Shown here piece after piece: positions 57,776-64,000 of a stretch of 64,000 bases of DNA. This stretch comes from Minisyncoccia bacterium (lineage in GTDB: Bacteria > Patescibacteriota > Minisyncoccia > Phycocordibacterales > UBA9973). The notes beneath the pieces were generated by a model. The model was not told the origin of the DNA and made no database searches. It saw nothing but the letters and a program-made list of their open reading frames with translations. Location of the stretch: NCBI GenBank assembly GCA_049317285.1, contig JBMOIO010000002.1, positions 15,312-79,311 of the forward strand. Direction: 5' to 3'. The position numbers and the translations under genes were made by a program. Every line of letters starts with the position of its first letter. Position 1 is the stretch's first letter.

Positions 57776-59689
57776 ATGGATTTCACTGAAGGGCTCAATG
57801 ATTCGCAAAAGCGCGCAGTGCTTACAACAGAGGGGCCGCTTTTGATTGTTGCAGGAGCGGGGGCGGGGAAAACCAAAACAGTGGTTCACCGCATTTGCCA
57901 CATCATCACAACAGGGGTCGCACCTTCATCAGTGTTGGCGGTGACATTCACCAACAAGGCGGCAAAAGAAATGCGCGAGCGCGTCCACTCTCTTATCCAA
58001 GAAGTGCCGTTTATTGTCCGTGGAGAAGGGTTGCCGTTTGTGAGCACCTTTCACTCCCTTGGCGTATTTCTTCTGCGCAAATTCGGCGCGTATGACGGAC
58101 AAATCAAACGCTTCACCATTTTAGACGACGGCGACACCAACACACTTATTAAAGAGTGCCTTTCATACTTCGGACTTGACCCTAAAATGCACGACCCGCG
58201 CGGGATTAAAAACACTATCAGCCGAAGTGCGAATGCGCTCTTGGACCCCGATCAATTAATTAACAGCAGCAACCCGAATCACCGAATGGCAGGGCAGATA
58301 TGGAAACGCTACAAAGCGCAGAAGCGCGAACAAAAAGTATTGGACTTCGATGACCTCCTTTTGGAGAGCGTAAAACTTCTGGAAGAAAACAAGGAGGCGC
58401 GTTCCTGGTGCCATGAAACCTGGAGCCATATTCATGTCGACGAGTACCAAGACACCAACGAAGTGCAGTACCGGATTGCGACAGCACTTGCGGCAGATAA
58501 AAAAAATATCTGCGTTGTCGGCGACAGCGACCAGAGTATTTATTCATGGCGCGGAGCAAACATTAAAAATATTTTGGAATTTGAGCGCGACTATCCAGAA
58601 GCAACCACTGTACTTCTAGAAGAAAACTACCGCTCCACCAAAACAGTGATTGCAGTAGCAAACGAAATGATCAATAAAAATACCTACCGCACAGCAAAAA
58701 CGCTTTTCACTAACAATGCAGAAGGTGAGAAGATTTCTCTCTATGGTGCGTATGATGAAAACGACGAAGCGCAGTTTATTGTGGAGCGCGCAGTGGAAGA
58801 AATGGACAAGGGAGTTCCCGCGCAAGACATTGCCGTACTGTTTCGCACCAACTTCCAATCGCGTATTTTGGAAGAAGCATTTCTTTCTATGGGCATCCCG
58901 TATCAAGTGCTCGGTGTTCGCTTTTTTGAACGCAAAGAAGTGAAAGATGTGTTGTCGTATTTGCGCGCAGCACTCAACCCCGAGAGCCTCCTTGATATCA
59001 AGCGCACGATCAATACGCCTGCACGCGGTATCGGAAAAGTGACTGTTGCAAAAATCTTCTCGGGCGAGCGCGACACACTCTCGGGAAAAGTGCGCCTCTC
59101 TGTCGACAACTTTTTCAAACTGTTGGAATCTATTCGCAAATACATTGAGCTTCACAGTGTTTCAGAAACAATTCGCTACATTATTAATGAAAGCGGTATG
59201 GTCGCATCATATAAGGGCGAAGCTGATGGGGAAGAGCGCCTAGAAAACCTCGAAGAGCTGGTAACACTCGGCCTTCGTTATGATTCTTTCGGTGCAGAAG
59301 AGGGATTGGAAAAGCTCTTGGAGGACGCAACACTGATGAGCGACCAAGATAACCTCGAGGCGGCGAAAGGGGTGAAGCTCATGACCATTCACGCAGCGAA
59401 GGGACTGGAATTCAATGTGGTCTTTGTGACCGGACTTGAGTTCGGTTTGTTTCCCCATGAGCGCGACCAAAAACTCACTGGAAGCGACGCCGAAGAAGAG
59501 CGCCGGCTCATGTATGTAGCGCTCACCCGAGCGCGCGCAAAGCTCTACTTAACCTATGCAAGCATGCGCACTATCTATGGTATGCGCGATGTCAGGCTTC
59601 CGAGTGAATTCATCAGCGACATTCCGGACGAATTCATCGAACGCGAGAGCCGGAGCGGGGAAGCCGGGTTTACAACAGTGTATCTGTAG
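57776..59689 (+). CDS. pcrA: UvrD/PcrA helicase
   Basis: AGAGAGKT, TFTNKAA, VDEYQD, GDSDQSIY.WRGA, TIHAAKGLEF and YVALTRA motifs. Confidence 0.95.
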   Translation: MDFTEGLNDSQKRAVLTTEGPLLIVAGAGAGKTKTVVHRICHIITTGVAPSSVLAVTFTNKAAKEMRERVHSLIQEVPFIVRGEGLPFVSTFHSLGVFLLRKFGAYDGQIKRFTILDDGDTNTLIKECLSYFGLDPKMHDPRGIKNTISRSANALLDPDQLINSSNPNHRMAGQIWKRYKAQKREQKVLDFDDLLLESVKLLEENKEARSWCHETWSHIHVDEYQDTNEVQYRIATALAADKKNICVVGDSDQSIYSWRGANIKNILEFERDYPEATTVLLEENYRSTKTVIAVANEMINKNTYRTAKTLFTNNAEGEKISLYGAYDENDEAQFIVERAVEEMDKGVPAQDIAVLFRTNFQSRILEEAFLSMGIPYQVLGVRFFERKEVKDVLSYLRAALNPESLLDIKRTINTPARGIGKVTVAKIFSGERDTLSGKVRLSVDNFFKLLESIRKYIELHSVSETIRYIINESGMVASYKGEADGEERLENLEELVTLGLRYDSFGAEEGLEKLLEDATLMSDQDNLEAAKGVKLMTIHAAKGLEFNVVFVTGLEFGLFPHERDQKLTGSDAEEERRLMYVALTRARAKLYLTYASMRTIYGMRDVRLPSEFISDIPDEFIERESRSGEAGFTTVYL

Positions 59690-59786
59690 TAAAAAGTTTT
59701 CCACTCTCTACACTCCTTGCTTGACATTGACAAAATGGTGTAGTTTGGTATACTTAGTATAGAAACAAACATTAATAAAAAAATAT

Positions 59787-60260
59787 ATGGAAAAATTAGT
59801 TACTCGTATTTTTTCTGTGCAAGGCCCAGTAAAATACACTATTGCTATGCTTATTCTCTTGTTGGTTTCCAACATTTCTTATTCACAACCAATGCTTGCT
59901 AGCGCTGTTGAAGCAGTAACTGTTTCAACAAAAACAACCAAAGCGCCTGGTATTTATGGGGAAGAACTATATGTCACTGAAAGTGGTGTAGAAATTAAGA
60001 AAGGGCAGGAAGTGAAATTGATTAAGGCATCGTTAGGATGGGGCTTTAAATCAATTGCAAATTATGACATTATCTTTAAAAAACCGGCCGACAAGAGTCA
60101 TTTACTGGCTAAGTATGAAGACTACAAAGCTGTGATTGAAGATATTAAAGAATACAAATCTGCTCCTGGAATTGCCTATGCAAAAATACGAATAAATAGT
60201 TTACAGTATGTTATTCGAATTGAAATGGCTCTCCGTGAAAAAGAAGTTGAATTTCTTTAA
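59787..60260 (+). CDS. AT-rich secreted hypothetical protein
   Basis: Signal-like segment ending SYS-Q; own TTGACA-16-TATACT promoter. Confidence 0.6.
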   Translation: MEKLVTRIFSVQGPVKYTIAMLILLLVSNISYSQPMLASAVEAVTVSTKTTKAPGIYGEELYVTESGVEIKKGQEVKLIKASLGWGFKSIANYDIIFKKPADKSHLLAKYEDYKAVIEDIKEYKSAPGIAYAKIRINSLQYVIRIEMALREKEVEFL

Positions 60261-60338
60261 AATTCTCAAAAATCTACTAATTACCTCTTATTGCATTGCA
60301 ATAAGAGGTTTTTTATTTGCTTGCTGTATACTTTGCGC

Positions 60339-61202
60339 ATGAAAGCAAAGAAGTCCCTTGGTCAACATTTCCTCAAATCCGAAAAGGCGTTGTCCCAAAT
60401 AGTCGATGCAAGTGACCCAGCTGCGAATGACATTATTTTAGAAATCGGCCCCGGCCACGGCGTCCTTACAGAGCGCCTATTATCTTTTGCAGGAAAAGTC
60501 ATAGCGGTTGAAAAAGACAAAGACCTTATTCCAGTATTAGAAGAACGATTTGCCGATGCAATCGCAAAGGGGAAGCTTGAGATACTCCATAAGGATATTT
60601 TAGAATTTGATCCGGAGCTTTTTTCGTTTTATAAAGACCACCCATATAAGCTCGTTGCCAATATTCCATACTATATAACGGGCGCCATTATCGAGAAATT
60701 TTTAAGCACACCGTATCTGCCGGAGCGTATGGTTCTTTTGATGCAGAAAGAGGTTGCCGAGCGCATCATTGCCCGCCAGCCCTCCGGGAGCGGGCAAGCC
60801 CGCGATAAAAAAGAAAGTATTCTCTCTATTGCAGTGAAGGCCTATGGTATACCAAAGATAGTGGGGAAGGTCGCACCCGGATCTTTTGTGCCCCCACCTA
60901 CTGTGGACTCTGCTATTCTTTTAATAGAAAATATTTCTCGAGACTTTTTTATCGACCCGACAACAAAATCGGTGCTGTGCAACGAAGCGCTGTTTTTCAA
61001 AGTACTCAAAGGAGTATTTGGAAAAAAGAGAAAACAAATCGGCGGATCGCTTGCAGAACTCTTTAATGATAAAGAACTTGCACTGCGCGCCTTAGAGGAT
61101 TCATCTATCGACTCAAAGACTCGCCCAGAGGATATCGCGCTTGCAACATGGAAAATACTCACTCAAGCACTAGAGAAAAGAGGGTGTGGCGTTGTACAAT
61201 AG
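60339..61202 (+). CDS. rsmA: 16S rRNA dimethyltransferase RsmA/KsgA
   Basis: KKSLGQHFL, EIGPGHG, ANIPYYIT, MQKEVAERI and F.PPPTVDS motifs. Confidence 0.97.
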   Translation: MKAKKSLGQHFLKSEKALSQIVDASDPAANDIILEIGPGHGVLTERLLSFAGKVIAVEKDKDLIPVLEERFADAIAKGKLEILHKDILEFDPELFSFYKDHPYKLVANIPYYITGAIIEKFLSTPYLPERMVLLMQKEVAERIIARQPSGSGQARDKKESILSIAVKAYGIPKIVGKVAPGSFVPPPTVDSAILLIENISRDFFIDPTTKSVLCNEALFFKVLKGVFGKKRKQIGGSLAELFNDKELALRALEDSSIDSKTRPEDIALATWKILTQALEKRGCGVVQ

Positions 61203-61208
61203 TACATA

Positions 61209-62096
61209 GTGAATACACCCTCTCTTCCAAGCAAGCAATTTTTAATCCGGGGCGGCATTGCCACAGGTATTGTTGTAATTATTTTAGTAGTGCAGACTAA
61301 CTGGTTCCAAGGCCTATTCAATAGAAAGGGGACACTTAGTGTAACTGATATAACAATAGGAGACTTGGTTGCTCAAGACTCCAATCAAAACGGCATTCCC
61401 GACTGGGAAGAAAAGCTTTGGGGGCTTGACCCGACAGAGCTCTACACAGGCGACATGTCCAACAGGGAAATCATCGACAATAAAAAGAGAGCGCTCGGAC
61501 TCACCGTCCAAGAGGATGCCGAGCTCAACGAAACTGACCGCCTGGCACGAGAACTCTTTAGTATTACAGCGGCAATAGGGAATTCGGGGCAATCGAGTAC
61601 TGAAGCCTTAAGTACTACCGCAGCCCAGCTCGGCGCTTCTGTTGACCGAAAAGATATCATTGACCCGTATACCCTTCGAAGCATCAAAACAATCCCGACC
61701 TCTCGACAATCCCTTGTTACCTATAAAAATACTGCTGAGAAAATTTTGGATACGTACTCCGTGGAGCAGGCTGACTTTCGCGTAGTGGTCGAAGGCCTCG
61801 AAACAGGAGACTTTACCCGGCTTCCTGAACTTGAAGCAACAGCCGTCTCCTATAAACAGCTTGCAAAAGAGATGGCAGGGATTTCAGCGCCGATTGGCGT
61901 GGCTCAGCACCACCTCGATATAGTCAACAGCTTTGCGGGCATTGCAAACTCCTTTATATACCTTAAAGAGATGGATTCCAACAGTATTGAAGGATTCAAG
62001 GGAATTGCGCTCTATAAAAACAATGCACTTCGACTTGAAAGCGCGGCCGAAGATTTGAACCTTTATTTGACAGAATACGGTATACTACAGCCATAA
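61209..62096 (+). CDS. Membrane-anchored hypothetical protein with a DxNxNGIPDWEE motif
   Basis: N-terminal TM; QDSNQNGIPDWEEKLWGLDP resembles a Ca-binding/TSP3-like motif. Confidence 0.7.
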   Translation: MNTPSLPSKQFLIRGGIATGIVVIILVVQTNWFQGLFNRKGTLSVTDITIGDLVAQDSNQNGIPDWEEKLWGLDPTELYTGDMSNREIIDNKKRALGLTVQEDAELNETDRLARELFSITAAIGNSGQSSTEALSTTAAQLGASVDRKDIIDPYTLRSIKTIPTSRQSLVTYKNTAEKILDTYSVEQADFRVVVEGLETGDFTRLPELEATAVSYKQLAKEMAGISAPIGVAQHHLDIVNSFAGIANSFIYLKEMDSNSIEGFKGIALYKNNALRLESAAEDLNLYLTEYGILQP

Positions 62097-62100
62097 CTTT

Positions 62101-64000
62101 ATGCGAAAACATTTTCTCCTTTTTAGCATCATTCTTTCATTTGCACTTCCGCCAGTGCTTGCTCAAGCGCAAGCAAACTGTAGTATTATTTCGCCCGAGA
62201 ACTATCAGCAATGCTGTATCGATATCCAACCTATTGATACAACACAATGCGATGCATCGATTGGTCTTGATAACCCAGACAATAACCCTATTCTAGTTGT
62301 CCCAACCAAACCAACAGCGACACAGGCGCTCTATCGCTATAACCCTTCAATAAGTATTGGGATTGGGGACAGTTCATTTAATGGTGTGCGCTTTACTGGG
62401 GTGGGTGCAGCAGTATTAAGTTGTGCACTGGGAAGTAATGCTATTCGAGGTATTATTAATAACACCATTAATAACACAATAAGTAGTGTTGCTGATGCAA
62501 AAATCCCTGTTGTTTCTAGTATTGCAAGCTTTTTTAGAGGAGCAAAGGCTACTATTGAAGGAGAGCAAGCTGGGCAGCCTGTCAGTGATGCTACAGCTCG
62601 AGCGCGTTTAAAAACCCTTGAAACAAAAGAGCAGTGTTGGGACAAACTTGCCCGTGCCGCCGCACAGCAGGCAGTACAACAAATGACAGTAAAGACGATG
62701 AACTGGGTGAACACCGGCTTTGACGGCAATCCGCTCTATGTCCGCGACATCGACTCCTACCTCAAGTCTATTCGCAACCAGCAGCTTGTTACCTATTTTC
62801 AACAAGCACAGGGGAGCGATCCAATATTCGGAAATGCACTTCGATCAATCATCACCCAACAAGTCACTGGTAGGGGTGGCGTGAATGAGCGCGTTTGTGT
62901 CGAGTACTCAAACCAAGGACCGGTAGGGAGTGGGAACGGAGCAGGGTTAACAGGACAATCAACCTGTATACGCTATGGCACCACCGCCGGATTTGGCGGG
63001 AGCTCGATGAATACTCCGCAAGCCCGCGCATACAACGACTTTTTAGGAGACTTTACCCAAGGCGGATGGAGCGCGATGCTCAATACGAGCAATAATCCGC
63101 TTTCAGCACTCTTTAGTGCGACCGACAGACTCAGTACTACCATCAGAACACAGCAGGAAAACATCAAGAGTGAACTCCAGCGCAACAGTGGCTATTTGGA
63201 TATAAAGAGATGTGTAGAATGGCTAAACCAAGCACAAGTAACCAGTGGGAATGGTACAGGACTTTCAAAAGAACCAGTGTGTGGCCGATACGAAACCACA
63301 ACACCGGGTTCAACTATTGCGCAACAAGTGAGCACAGTGACTAGCTCTCCAATCCGACAAGCCGAACTTGCAGACGAATTAAACGAAGCAGTGGGAGCAT
63401 TCTTTGACTCACTTCTTAATAGACTCTTCTCGCGCGACAGTGGTCTTGCCGGCTTGAAAGGCGGAGCGATGAATGGCTTAGGGGGGACAAACCTGGGAAG
63501 CAATGTCGTACTCGACTACAACGGTGACCCTTTTTCGACAACAGGCACCAATGCCTTTGACCTTCCAGGATTCTTAACTGGAGTGGACACCAATTTTGAT
63601 ATTAGTCGCCCTCAACAACTGCGTGCAATTCTTCAAGCACAGCACACCTTCCTTAACCGAAGTAAAGATGTTGCTGTTGTTGCAGCACGGGGGCTTCCTG
63701 TCCTCGGGAGACTTGACTACTGTGTCCCTGGACCAAACCCTGCGTGGCGAAACGGGTTCGGTGAAAACCTAACACTCTTTACTGGTGCATTTAAATTTGT
63801 CGGTATCTCAAAGTACGATGTTGTTGCCCGCTCGTATGTTGCAACAGATCCTATTTCTGAAGAACAAAAAACAATTTATGGAACAGGGGTGTTCAGTCGA
63901 CAAATTGATACACGCGCAGCGCGCGATGAAAATGAAAACTACTCCGGCATTGGCTTTGATTTTCTTGGAGAGCCGACAGACAACGACATTGTTCAGTATT
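62101..64000 (+). CDS. Large secreted hypothetical protein, partial (runs off the window)
   Basis: ATG 62101 MRKHFLLFSIILSFALPPVLAQAQ signal peptide; continues KEQCWDKLA...NWVNTGFDGNP; absent from the ORF track, consistent with no stop inside the window. Confidence 0.7.
   Translation, partial: MRKHFLLFSIILSFALPPVLAQAQANCSIISPENYQQCCIDIQPIDTTQCDASIGLDNPDNNPILVVPTKPTATQALYRYNPSISIGIGDSSFNGVRFTGVGAAVLSCALGSNAIRGIINNTINNTISSVADAKIPVVSSIASFFRGAKATIEGEQAGQPVSDATARARLKTLETKEQCWDKLARAAAQQAVQQMTVKTMNWVNTGFDGNPLYVRDIDSYLKSIRNQQLVTYFQQAQGSDPIFGNALRSIITQQVTGRGGVNERVCVEYSNQGPVGSGNGAGLTGQSTCIRYGTTAGFGGSSMNTPQARAYNDFLGDFTQGGWSAMLNTSNNPLSALFSATDRLSTTIRTQQENIKSELQRNSGYLDIKRCVEWLNQAQVTSGNGTGLSKEPVCGRYETTTPGSTIAQQVSTVTSSPIRQAELADELNEAVGAFFDSLLNRLFSRDSGLAGLKGGAMNGLGGTNLGSNVVLDYNGDPFSTTGTNAFDLPGFLTGVDTNFDISRPQQLRAILQAQHTFLNRSKDVAVVAARGLPVLGRLDYCVPGPNPAWRNGFGENLTLFTGAFKFVGISKYDVVARSYVATDPISEEQKTIYGTGVFSRQIDTRAARDENENYSGIGFDFLGEPTDNDIVQY

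Noticed and set aside
154-63503. Many short ORFs antisense to or overlapping the identified genes
   Set aside because: These are shadow ORFs of well-supported genes with no motifs of their own.

Overview
This window looks like Patescibacteria (CPR, Parcubacteria-like) chromosomal DNA. It carries housekeeping genes (fusA, rpsG, rpsL, rpmB, rpsO, nusA, ppa, tig, clpP, rny, HU, cca, xth, a Xer recombinase, pcrA/uvrD, rsmA, pgk, tpiA, recJ, rnhA, sod), competence and type IV pilus genes (comEC, comM, pilB, pilC, pilins), a cluster of Cys-rich secreted proteins, and four CCA-less tRNAs. The standout feature is a complete diversity-generating retroelement (DGR) at about 32.5-35.2 kb: RT, an avd-like gene, a 119-nt template repeat and a target gene whose variable repeat differs from the template at 20 positions, all template adenines (16 of them A>G). 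Unusually, the avd-like gene lies antisense between TR and RT, its likely start overlaps the RT start head-to-head, and it is frameshifted at a C13 homopolymer. This suggests a slippage-controlled ON/OFF switch for hypermutation, although a homopolymer assembly error is not excluded. Other signals include parS-like sites inside cca, pervasive leaderless promoters versus strong-promoter ORFan cassettes, eukaryote-like thrombospondin type 1 repeats, a tRNA-linked 204-bp element, a MITE-like element and in-frame palindrome insertions. All calls come from reading the sequence by eye; no searches were run.
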